A DNA stretch of 63,438 nt, counting the filler. It is 10 parts of 10 records of this genome, joined end to end, with 100 filler letters (N's around TTAATTAATTAA, not from the genome) between each part and the next. Parts side by side here need not be neighbours in the genome. Positions count along the whole stretch, not along the records: positions 37,317 to 45,433 come from SRR9670534_257; positions 45,534 to 54,243 come from SRR9670534_267; 8 more parts are not named here. One strand, written 5' to 3'. How positions within the stretch are numbered: the first letter of the stretch is position 1; the number at the start of each line of letters is the position of its first letter. The notes below the pieces were generated by a model, which was not told where the DNA came from, did not search any database, and saw only the letters and a program-made list of their open reading frames with translations. The position numbers were made by a program, and so were the translations under genes. Shown piece after piece: positions 43,163 through 54,101 of the stretch.

Positions 43163-43398
43163 TCTCCAACGGTTGCAGTCCAGCCTAAAACAAACAAGTT
43201 TAATAAAGCCATGAAATCACAAGTTGTAGACAAAAAGCTAAATATACCTAACTAATATAAGCTAAATTTTTATAAAAATGGTAATGATATGTCATGCAAG
43301 TCATAAAAATGCGTATATTTCAGCAAAATAAATCTTATTTAAAAAAACTTGAATATGCTTATGCAAAAAATAAGTTAACAATCTTCCAAAACCACGAT

Positions 43399-43949
43399 TT
43401 AACCCAAGCCCAAAATGGATACTGGTAACAAAAATAAAGTTCCATACACATCTTTGCTTTTTTATACTAAAATGCATGAATATTATTGATAAAAATTAGT
43501 TGTAAATAAAGCAAAATTACTGAAATTCTTACCAATTTGCCCGAATATTCAATTTCACCATAGTCTTTTGAACTTAGGTCAAAAACCTTTTGCAATTGCT
43601 TTAAACTGTGTGGTTGTTGGTTGCTATTTTTGCTAGTGAAAAACTTTTCTTCAGAAAGATCAAAAAGTTTCTTGGAATAGTTCTCAACGTCAAATCCACA
43701 TCGAGCCAATTTTTCCTTCACTTTAAAACCGATTAAAAGAAAGTTATTCTCTAGACAATAGGATAGGATTCTCCTGGCAATTTCATCGCCTTCCGCCTCG
43801 TGGGCAATGTCTAATTCTTCGTCTACCGTAACAACTGCCAAAATTTCATCATATTCTTCATCTTCTTCGCTTTTTTTCAAAAGAACTTCTACAGCAAGTT
43901 TTTTGGGTCTGGAAGAAAGTTTGGTTAAAAGAGATTCCATGGAAGGCAT
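43399..43949 (-). CDS. Degenerate (pseudo-catalytic) REXO4-like exonuclease, paralog B
   Basis: Exons 43949-43533 and 43466-43399; aligns motif by motif with its neighbours (LAVEV, LLIGFKVKEKL, LFDLSEEKFF, HSLKQL, GKL|YKKAKMCMELY) and shares their final phase-0 intron, but lacks the catalytic residues. Confidence 0.7.
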
Positions 43950-44106
43950 AGTACACTATAGTGTACACATATTATAGCAACGGTTGTACGACAAGTGTTC
44001 GCACGAGAAGTGTTCTGCCTAGAAATTAGATACATTAGCTGTAGTATTAACAAATTAACAAATCTAAACTTATAACAATCCTAATATACAACGAGGTAAT
44101 GATCAG

Positions 44107-45113
44107 TCAAATTTTAATCTTTTCTTTTGAAACTTGCAATTGAACAAATTCTTGTAGTTCTGATAAAGCGCCATGCTTGCTTGAGCATCCTCGACCTGAA
44201 ATTCAGATTTATTGTTTTGTACTTATTACTGTACTACAAGTGACGTAATACATATTACGCAAGCTTATCTGACTTACTGGGTCATGATTTGCTCCTTGTA
44301 TGTCAATGTCCAAAACAATTTTGGAAAGTTTCTTCAAGCTGGGTAGCTTATGGCCAGCAATCTTTTTAAATTCAGGCAATGCTTGCGTATCTCGTATTAA
44401 TTCTTTTGGATGATGCAGTTTTAAAGCTGATAAATCATTATTTACAGCATGTCCTACTAATATTTTGTCTTTAATTAATTCTGCAACTTTCTTTTGTGCA
44501 GTTTCGAATTCCAAAGCACTGGAAGAATAAATGACGTCTTTAGGATGAATTCCAGAAACTTTGGTTCGAAAACTAGTCACAAATTCTGTGGGCTTAACAA
44601 ATTGATCATACAAAACATCACCAGCACTATCGACCAGACATACTCTAGCCAACAAACTTACATTATTCGCACCTCCCACCATTTCGCAATCAATTGCTAT
44701 TTCTTGTGAATCTATCGAACTAAAAATAAATTCAGCTGATACTTTTATAAACGCAATGTCCTAACAACGTACAGTACACGTAATAGTAACTGAAATACTG
44801 TATAATTGTACGGGCCGTACAGTACGGCACAAGTATTGTACAGCAGTACTGGGCCGTACCGTACTGCAGTTTTGTACTGTACAGTACTGCAGTACGGTAC
44901 GCTACGGTACCGTCGGTACGGCACAAGTAATGCTAGTAAAGTATACCTCTTTTTATTGTTAACCATTTTACTCCTATTCTTCATAACCTTTGCAATGATA
45001 GATGTATATCGATCTTTTTCAGAAGTTGATTCTTCTTTACTACGTTTGGAATGCATTCTCTCCATAGGCTCAACTAATTCATCCTCATCGGTAGTTTTTC
45101 TCTTTCGAAACAT
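44107..45113 (-). CDS. REXO4: RNA exonuclease 4-like DEDDh exonuclease, paralog A (most canonical copy)
   Basis: Basic N-terminal exon 45113-44947, then IAIDCEMVG...LARVCLVD...VGHAVNNDLSAL..HPKELIRDTQ...PSLKKL...DIQGANHDP|VEDAQASMALY. Confidence 0.85.
44768..44930. repeat. GTAC-rich quasi-palindromic tract in REXO4 intron 1
   Basis: 16 GTAC tetramers in about 150 nt; GTACGGCACAAGTA and GGGCCGTAC each occur twice. Confidence 0.85.
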
Positions 45114-45194
45114 ATCTTCTATATGGAAAAGAGAGTATCAAGAAATATCTAATAAATGGAACTAGCACAAAGAAGATAATCTTATTATTCATTA

Positions 45195-45433
45195 TTAATC
45201 AATAAATTCAAAGTGGTTGCAACGAGAGTTTGCATCTCCAGGTTTCCCAATGGGTTTTTGACAACAGTAAAATTTTCTTCCTTTGTTTGGGCCATCTTTC
45301 TTGACAATTCTTAAAACACATTCGATTCTATGACCCTTACACAGAGGTACTTTCTTCTTCTTTTCAAATATGGATGACCATTCAGATGACAATTTCTTTC
45401 TTTTAATATTGGCTTGTTCAAAAAATACCGGAA
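45195..45433 (-). CDS. APEX2: AP endonuclease 2, C-terminal zf-GRF domain; the rest of the gene is in or beyond the gap
   Basis: PLCKGHRIECVLRIVKKDGPNKGRKFYCCQKPIGKPGDANSRCNHF matches the APE2-type GRF zinc finger. Confidence 0.8.
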
Positions 45434-45956
45434 NNNNNNNNNNNNNNNNNNNNNNNNNNNNNNNNNNNNNNNNNNNNTTAATTAATTAANNNNNNNNNNN
45501 NNNNNNNNNNNNNNNNNNNNNNNNNNNNNNNNNCATAAGGTGTTTATTGTTCTGTTAGCTAAGTCTAATTATAATTATTATTGATAATAACATTTATAAA
45601 AAAAGGTTATAACAATACATAAAAACAGTATTACGAGATTCAACACGCAGTGCTGTTGTGATTAATTAAAATAATAATTAGTATGAATTTCACTGTTTCA
45701 AAAGCAGGCTTTACTAACATGCTAACATGCTTGCAACATTTCCACGTTTTATGTAATAATAATGTAGCGAAAATTACGGTTAAGAAATGCTGGGTTAATA
45801 GCAACAACTTAGTGAGGAGTTCTCAGGAGTAATTCAAGAAGCTTCATCGATTCCTGCCTGTACAGTTGCTATTTTAATGCTAATTTCATTGCAGGTGGTT
45901 TTTATAATTATCACTTTTGCTAACTGACTTAATAAAAATAGCCAAAGACTGCAAAT

Positions 45957-48342
45957 ATGGCAAATCAGGTCCTGTCTTACCTGAGAGTATTAAAGTATTA
46001 TGCAAAAACCTATAAGGATCAGCTAGAAGAAAATATAGTACTATCTGACAAAGAAGGTCTTGGCCATGCCCGCACCAAAAAATCCAGGCTTCAATTGGTC
46101 AGGCTTAGTGCAAATGTTTGCGGCATTGAATTTTGCTATGCTGCAGAAACGGCCTTTGTCAGTCCAAGATTGCTTGAAATAGGAGTTCCTGTAAATTACA
46201 TGACATTAGGTTTTCTAACTTTTTTAATAATATGTTTTACATAGGCTAATATGAGGGCTTTTAATGAAACCATTTAGTTTGGTGTATGAGCCCACTGTTG
46301 GGCTTCTTCCTTGCACCCCTCCTTGGTTCTATGAGTGATAAATGCAATTCAAGAATGGGTAGAAGAAGACCCTTTATTCTATTGTTCAGCCTATTTATAG
46401 TAATTGGACTTATTTTTGTACCTCATGGTAAAGACATAGGCATATTATTTGGTGATACTTTCCCACAAACTTTTGATGAGATAAATGCTACCAAGAACAG
46501 TAGTTCTATATTTGTAAAGGAACATGCATCACCTGTCAATTATCATATATGGAGTTTGGTACTAACTTGTGTTGGGGTAGTACTTCTTGATTTTAGCTGT
46601 GATGCTTGTCAGTCACCTGCAAGAACATATATGCTAGATGTAACAATACCAGAAGATCATCCTACAGGTATAATCATTATAATTATGTAATTATAGTTAT
46701 TATTATTTATTAATAATGATTAAAAATAACAATTTTACAATTGAAAATAATAAAGATTGTTTCAGGTCTAAGCACATTTACCATATTGGCTGGTTTAGGT
46801 GGTTGTTTGGGTTACATAATAGGTGGAATAGATTGGGATAGAACACCATTTTCTTCCTTACTTGGTAACAGTTATGCAAAGTTTTATTGGAATAATAATA
46901 ATTTTAATAATTTTTTAATTTTAATAATTATCAGGTAGTCATCTTAAAGTGGTTTTCACATTTGTGTTAGTTATTTATATTGTTTGTTTGGTATTAACAA
47001 TTACTGCACAGAAGGAAATTCCGCTATATAAATTGCATGCAGAATCTGGACAGGTAAACTTGAAAAACGCTGAAACGAAAGTCTATAAAAAGCTAAAGCC
47101 TGAACATAGTGAAAGTGAGGATGAAGATGAAAATACCAACGGCGAGAAAAACTCAGAAAATAAAACAGAAGTTACAGAAGAGGAAACAAAATCAATGGAC
47201 GAAGAGAGTCAAGCTTCTAGAAGCAGAACGATATCCCATCAAAAAAGCATACCTGAAGAAATGCAAGAAGATTTAGACCAAAACATAAGTTTAATGGTCT
47301 ACATGAAATCAATCGTTTACATGCCAAAGTCAATGAAAATCCTTTGCGTAACAAATCTCTTTTGTTGGATGTCGTTACTATGTTATTCTTTGTATTTCAC
47401 AAATTTCGTAGGTAAGGTTATTAATAATAAAATAACTTTGCTCTTTGTCATGATGTTTCTAACCATTTGTAGGTGAAAGTGTTTACAATGGAAATCCCAA
47501 AGCTCCAATTGATTCATTAGAATATCAGAAATACCATAAAGGAGTCAAAATCGGTAGTTATGGCATGGCTTTATACTCAATTTCGTGTTCAGCATACAGT
47601 TTTGTCATCGAGAAACTTGTCATAAAGTTTGGTATGTAACCATATAGTATATTTTATAAATTTAAATCCGTACTAACTTTTGGAATATTGAAAATTTCAA
47701 AAATTTCAAAATTTCTAAGCGTTTTAAAATCATGTTTTCATGTTTAAAATTTCACTTGCTCAGAAAATCACCATGAGGTAATCTTCTCATGAGAAAAAGC
47801 ATGACTACATAAAGTAGGTAGTCAATTATTATTGAGAGATAATTAGTGAGTCATATCCATAGAGAAACAACGCCCAATGTTTGTAATGCTGTAATTGGGC
47901 GTTGTTTCTCTATGGTCATATCCAATATTTAGGTGCAAGAAATGTATATGCTTGCAGTCAAGGTGTCTACTGTATTGGTGCTTTAATCATTGGTTTGTTT
48001 CACTACGCGCCTGTGGCAATAATAGGCTCAATTGCAGCAGGAATAATGTATTCTACACTATTCACTATGCCATACTTGCTAATTGCCCATTACCACGACC
48101 GTGGGCAGTTTAGTGAAGAAGATAATCAATTGGTCAACAAAGATTTAGATAATATTCGAGGATTAGGAACAGATTTGGCAGTGGTAAGCAGCATGGTATT
48201 TGTTGGACAATTTTTATTATGCCTCTTCATGGGGTATATTATCAAGGGGGTAGGAAGCAGTGCTGCTGTCATGATTGCAGCTAGCATCTTTAGCTTTTGT
48301 GGCATGGTAAGTTGCACCAGAATTTCCTATTTGAATATGTAA
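45957..48342 (+). CDS. SLC45 family proton-associated sugar transporter (MFS)
   Basis: GIEFCYAAETAFVSP, LGSMSDKC.SRMGRRRPFI, LLDFSCDACQSPARTYMLD, CVTNLFCWMS, GIMYSTLFTMPYLLIAHYH, RGLGTDLA; about 6 exons. Confidence 0.93.
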
Positions 48343-48632
48343 TTTCTGTTTTGTAAACCACAACATGCAATGCATGCTAAAATTATTAAGACACTACTAA
48401 TTATTAATTAATAATTTTACTACATCTTAATAATAAAAATATGTTGTGAATTTATTGATTTTAACAATTTTAACAAATCAATAACAAAGAATATCAACAA
48501 AAAATGCAAACAATAAACTATAAAGTTATGAATTTAAGGGGTTTGTTAAGAGAAAGACATATCAATAATAATAGCTACCATAAATAATACAAAAAATTAT
48601 GACATAATATATAGGTACTAGGGAAACACTTG

Positions 48633-50300
48633 TTAAGCTCTTTTCTGTGTTTTCGAATAATATCTTTGAAAAAGTTCATAAAAAATACAGCATACGCAGT
48701 AAATAGAGATGATTATTGCACCACAGTAATAATTGTTAACAATGGTGCTCTCCACTGGAATCGCGCATCTTTCCACAGCAATTTCAGTTGATCCAATTGT
48801 AACCTACACATGAACATTATTACGTAATATTTAACACAAACGCTGTTTACTTATTCAGCATTGCTTACCAAAAGAAACGTTGGATTATCTTTGTTTCTCC
48901 AATTAAAAGATGACAATGTCCATTCAGAAATATTTTTCCTATGGAATGTACGACAACCATGGTGAATATGACCAGAAAATATCGATCTTGGCCGAATCAT
49001 GTCCAGAATCTATAAAATTGTAAATGACCAACAGCCAAAGCAAAGTTAAAAACAAAAACCAGATACCATTTCAGTACTTTCCGCTGACATGACATCGTGG
49101 TTTATTTTGAATTGATAATCCTTTTCAAGAGGCGGAGCTTCATCATACTCAGAACAGTGTAGATCATTTGGGCGGTATAAAGGAAAATGCTAAAAATATG
49201 GAACAATATTTTACATCCTAAAATTTTATATTTATCAAAATGCTCTTACGGTAATTAATATTGGATTGGGAAAAACATCATCTTCGTTGCTTCTTTTAAT
49301 TATATTAACGGCTTTTTCATGTTCTTTACATTTTGATAGAGACTGTTCCTTCTATTGAACATAAAACAAAAAATCAAATGCACAGTAAAAAAGCTTTATG
49401 AATACAATCTGTATTGTAAATACAAACCCTCAAGCATAGCAAGTACTCTTCCATATGTTTCATCAAGTCCCTTGCTTTACTACATAAATTGCATCTATCA
49501 CCATGAAATGCCATACTATTTATTCGAACAAAATTAACATAAGGAGAATGGTAAATAAAGTCAATTAAGGAAACATCAAAGGTCTTTTCAAATCTGTGTA
49601 CAATTGGAGGGTAACTTTTAATTCTAAAAGCAACAAAAATATGTCATCATTCCAGCAAGGAAAGACGGCGCCATCTATTTTTGACTTACTTATAATGAAA
49701 ACCAATATCATGATTTCCTACCACATAATATATGATAGTGTGAGAATTTATTGGTTCAAATGTATTATAAAAACGCTTTAAATCTGCTTCAAATCTATTA
49801 TCATTGGAAATCTCACCATCATCAAAAAGATCACCCAAAATGGCTATAAATTCTGGATGAAATACTTTTTGAGCAGCTTTAAAGGACACGGCCATCCCAG
49901 CTTCTCTGAAAGAGTGATCTCTATTTGTAATAAAGTTTAAAATGTAAAAACACGTAGACTTAATTAGTAAAAATATATAATATTATTATATTATTTAAAA
50001 ATATTAATATTAATTTATCAATAACTTATTGAACACAAACAACCTTCTCAGCCTGTCAAACCAATGTCCTCTAAATCCAATCATGTGAGTATCACTTAAA
50101 AATAAACCATAAGTAAGATGATCTCCAGGGAGAGTTGGCAGTTGTGGCCATTTGCAGTAGTAGAAAAAGGATATGTAAAAAATCCCAACCTCATTCCACC
50201 ATACTAAAGAGGCAACAGCAATGATAACCAGGAAAATGTTAAACAGTTTCGGGTGACTTTTTATCCTTCTTAACAGCCATTTAAAAATATTCCAAACCAT
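48633..50300 (-). CDS. MPPE1: Metallophosphoesterase 1 (PGAP5)
   Basis: LSDTHMIG..GHWFDRLRRE, ILGDLFDDG, VGNHDIGFHY, INSMAFHGD, THFPLYR, IFSGHIHHGC, SSFNWRN; last exon carries a TM helix; seven exons. Confidence 0.92.
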
Positions 50301-50388
50301 TTAATACCTAAAAACTTGTGTAACAAACAAACAAAAAAACAAAAGTGTAAACAAACAACAAAGCAACAAATGAGCAAAAGAAAGTGAT

Positions 50389-51414
50389 TCATTGGCTAGC
50401 AGGTAAACCTAACTTGCTATTAATTAGCTTCAAATAACTACTAATTAAAAAAGATTTCGCAGATGTTAAACTTAATACCGCAAGATCATCAAGTATAGAT
50501 CGAAAATGAGCAATTTCGTGTTCGTTAAGGGAAAGTTTAGCCACTTCGATTTCCAGTATATTAAGTACGTAATAGCTGTTCTCAACCATGACTAGTTGAT
50601 GAACATCATGTTGTTGTGAATCTTTGTCACAGTAGCGCTTCAAGCGTTTTAGCGCGTCATCCACTATATATTTATGACCTATGATGGTGCTAAGGCACTT
50701 GGTAATCAGATGTACCAGTACGCTCAGAGAGTCCCAACGAAGTAAGCAGGATTCGACTTCGATAAAATTTAAAACGCTGCCATGTAAGTCCTTACTTATG
50801 AGTACTATACCAGCAGCCATCTCACCAAAACCATGTTTTAGCAGCAAATCGAACATTTTTAAAAACGCAGTAAAGGGATGAATAACATTTTCACCAAACA
50901 GACCGAGCTCAGAGATTTTGTTCGAGTTTTCTTCGCAGATATGCTGCCGTAAAAGGCTTTTCAAATGTTCTGCCATGCTTTTCAGAACATCGAGAATTAT
51001 GCCAGATTTGTTGAAGAAAAAAATTTCACAGCCATGCTCTTTTTCAGCTTCTATCGATGACCATAGAAATTTGGACCAAAGAGCAATAACATTTGTTTCA
51101 TAAGCAGCCTTTGACTTTTCGTCTGTAGATGAATCGTCTTCAGGAGTAATCTCCGCCAGATCTGTTACCTTTGGTGGATGCAACAACCATTTGTTTGTAT
51201 CAATTTCTTTGACTTTCAACAGCCATTTTAAATACTTATTCTCCTTCTCCAAGAAAGAGTTTTTTTCGTTCAGGTCAGCTGCATTTTCTCTGTTTGATTC
51301 TATCAAAGTTTTCTTATTTACACCAGAAATGTAAGTTTCGATAGACTGACCAAAAGGCTTAGTAGAAATGGCAGTACAAGCTGCAGCAACTGTATTTAAA
51401 TTTACTTCTTCCAT
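50389..51414 (-). CDS. Intronless 341-aa coiled-coil plus helical-repeat protein; possibly a divergent HSF2BP/MEILB2
   Basis: Long clean ORF; N-terminal coiled coil followed by amphipathic helices; weak recalled similarity only (FLWSS ~ LLWGVSS; IGHKYI ~ KGLKYI). Confidence 0.6.
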   Translation of the reverse strand: MEEVNLNTVAAACTAISTKPFGQSIETYISGVNKKTLIESNRENAADLNEKNSFLEKENKYLKWLLKVKEIDTNKWLLHPPKVTDLAEITPEDDSSTDEKSKAAYETNVIALWSKFLWSSIEAEKEHGCEIFFFNKSGIILDVLKSMAEHLKSLLRQHICEENSNKISELGLFGENVIHPFTAFLKMFDLLLKHGFGEMAAGIVLISKDLHGSVLNFIEVESCLLRWDSLSVLVHLITKCLSTIIGHKYIVDDALKRLKRYCDKDSQQHDVHQLVMVENSYYVLNILEIEVAKLSLNEHEIAHFRSILDDLAVLSLTSAKSFLISSYLKLINSKLGLPASQ

Positions 51415-52091
51415 TCACAAAGCACTATTTATATTCTAGCTCTAAAAGTTGATTCATTTAATGTCATTAATTTTATTAATTAGTACTAAAACTAAAGCTT
51501 ATTAAACAAAGGTGGATAGCAAAAAAATCAGCACAATAGCACTTTGACATGATTATCATGTCAATTGTATGTACTCCAAAAACCGAATTCGTGACCACAG
51601 AAATACTACTTTCAAAATTAAAATAAATCAATAATAGCATGTATAACAATGACTAGGTAGGAATTCTGCGTTGCACTTTTAATTTAACCGAATCATACAA
51701 CGAGCCACGACTGACGAATCATGCATGTCAAGAAAAGGGCCAGAAATAGTTATCTGCAATCCATATTATGGGTGTTTTATACGAATGATAGGAAATTTGA
51801 GTTTTACATATTATTAATAATATGGGTTTTACATAGAAATGATAAAAAATGACAAGCTTCCTTTATTATTATTAATAAAAAAAGATATCACTGGTACTCG
51901 AGTAAATGAAGGAAAAAAGCTAAAAGCAAATATTAATTTCCTATTCTAAAGGAGTTGTCTGACACCATGTCAGTGACCACAGTGCCATTTCGTGTCAAAA
52001 TGTTTATTCTTTCGGATTAAATATTTCTGCATTCAATACAATCCAATAAATAAACGAAGTCATAACGTACTAGGTTTATTAATGTAGGCAT

Positions 52092-53393
52092 TCACTTTGC
52101 TGCACACTGACATTGGAGCTGACGCCGAAACGTAGAAAACCATCCCATGTTAGCTTTAATTTCAGATCTTGCTTTGGATGGTGATGGTTCAGTCTTAATA
52201 CCTGGATGTGCAATGAAGACATCAGGTAGGACATAAAACGAATAACCATAGTGATTTAATAAATAAACTTGAGAATTTTTATCATGGCCCACACCAGCTG
52301 GAAAAGCTGGATATGCTGGTACAGTAGCATAGGAAACATAATACGGCTCAAAGAACTGTTCATAAAAAACTTGATAAATCTTAGTAGATTTAAACCATTG
52401 GTCAAAGTCAGTTCTACGATGTCCAAGCGAGTACGCTTTCAAATGTGCTCCAATTGCCAAATCTTGAGCGTAAAATTTCCTTAATTCATCCTTTGATTTC
52501 GGAATTTCAGTATCTCTTTGAATCTCGAAAGCAGGAACGACAAAGACTGCTTTATCATAGTTTTTCATGAAAGTACCTATGTGTTCAGCTATAGTTTCAT
52601 AAGCATTACTGCAAGGCAAAAATTCAATTTCGACGTAGAAAATGTACTTCGTCAATACGACTTCCCTCGCAGCATTACGTATAGTGTTGAACGGGTATTT
52701 CAAATTAGACTTCCATGAAGCTAAACTACTGAGATTGCTTCCAAAGGTTGACTTTATTAAAGATGGGGTGAAACCAGAAGAGCAATCAGCTTTTGCGAAA
52801 TCATTTTGGTAGGAATAACCATTATTGTTAATAAATGTTGTTCCATCGTGTTGCCAATCCTCTAGAGGAATAACAAAACCAACAGTTAAAGCAGAAAACC
52901 TATCAGGAAAGCAAGCTTGCACATAATCTAAAAGATGAATTGTTGGTTCAATCAATCTCCTAGAATTAAAAATAGAGACTGAAATAGGACCATTCCATTT
53001 TTGCAATAGTTGAAGAAATTTTTCAGAATATTCAAGAGAAAACTGGGAAATCAACGTTACATCATAAAATTTCTTATTGCTAATGTTACCCGGTTGGATA
53101 ATTCGATCAAATATCAGGTATCTATAAGTAGGATCAAATCTCCCAAAAATTCTTTCATTTTTATAGTTAACAAAGAACGCTGTATTTGAAGGTAAGTTGT
53201 TGAATAAGGTGTGATCAGTTAGTGTCTCTGCGATATTATCAGGAAATAAATAACATCGAACAATTTCTATAAGGTAAAATGACAGGTGGTAACACAATAC
53301 TGTCACCAATATCGTTCTGAAGATAGGACTTCTACATAAACTAACAATGAACCAACAGAATGAATTCAGCCTTCTCAAAGATATTATTAACAT
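52092..53393 (-). CDS. GT49 family glycosyltransferase (B4GAT1/LARGE GlcA-transferase-like); intronless
   Basis: N-terminal TM anchor; DVTLISQFS, WNGPISVSIF, YPFNTIRNAAR, VFVVPAFE, IPKSKDEL, GHRRTDFDQW, FEPYY, GHDKNSQ, GYSFYVLPDVFIAH. Confidence 0.88.
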   Translation of the reverse strand: MLIISLRRLNSFCWFIVSLCRSPIFRTILVTVLCYHLSFYLIEIVRCYLFPDNIAETLTDHTLFNNLPSNTAFFVNYKNERIFGRFDPTYRYLIFDRIIQPGNISNKKFYDVTLISQFSLEYSEKFLQLLQKWNGPISVSIFNSRRLIEPTIHLLDYVQACFPDRFSALTVGFVIPLEDWQHDGTTFINNNGYSYQNDFAKADCSSGFTPSLIKSTFGSNLSSLASWKSNLKYPFNTIRNAAREVVLTKYIFYVEIEFLPCSNAYETIAEHIGTFMKNYDKAVFVVPAFEIQRDTEIPKSKDELRKFYAQDLAIGAHLKAYSLGHRRTDFDQWFKSTKIYQVFYEQFFEPYYVSYATVPAYPAFPAGVGHDKNSQVYLLNHYGYSFYVLPDVFIAHPGIKTEPSPSKARSEIKANMGWFSTFRRQLQCQCAAK

Positions 53394-53744
53394 TTCTAGA
53401 TGCCAACAGTTAGGTACGGATCATAGACACTGTCTACTATTAGACAGAGGTTCTCCTTTGTCTATGGTACGGAATCAGTACTAGTAGTGCGGTACTACGG
53501 ATTTACTGTACACCGTACGTAATACCTAACCGTATATGTATACCTAGGTACCGTAAGCTACATTAACACAGGCTACGTACATATGAAGTTATAGCAAAAT
53601 TATAGCGAAAATTAATAATAACTAAATGAGGCAGTAAAAAAAGAAAAAAGGATATATGTATTGCAGCCAAGATTGCATTTCAGGCTTATTATAATTGCTC
53701 GTTATATCGTTATTGAAAAGAGCAGATAGTAAGTAAGTAAGTAA

Positions 53745-53915
53745 AAGTGCCTTTATTATATCAGGGCCGCTGAATGGAATATCACTATATGCTATCTTTG
53801 GTAAAAAATTATATAAGCCGCCCTTAAGTGTTAGCTGCCCCTGATTATTATTAGACACACTTTTTTACCCAAAAATAAAAATATAAGTGCGGCTCTTACT
53901 CAGGAAAATATGGTA
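53745..53915 (-). mobile_element. Tc2/Tigger-like MITE remnant
   Basis: Minus strand begins TA|CCATATTTTCCTGAGTAAGAGCCGCAC, resembling CCGTATTTTC...TAAG.CGCAC termini, with internal GCCGC repeats. Confidence 0.4.
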
Positions 53916-54077
53916 ATTAGTTGCCACACCAAAAAGCCCAGAATTATGTAGGTATTATTAATAAACGCCGCATGTAAACTAAGTAGGTACGTACAGAATT
54001 AAACGATGTACATACATAAACTGTCTGAATGTACTACCTTAAACTTTAATTATTAATAATAGATACATGTATGTAGG

Positions 54078-54101
54078 TACAGTGAAAACTGGATATTTGC
54101 A
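54078..54101 (+). mobile_element. Second copy of the MITE terminus TA|CAGTGAAAACTGG
   Basis: TACAGTGAAAACTGGATATTTGCA matches 5136-5113 on the reverse strand; a related end TA|CAGTGGAACCCGC lies at 54218, just before the gap. Confidence 0.5.

Noticed and set aside
44732-45165. Overlapping ORFs rich in Y/T/V/R in several frames
   Set aside because: Read-through of the GTAC-rich REXO4 intron; low-complexity artefacts
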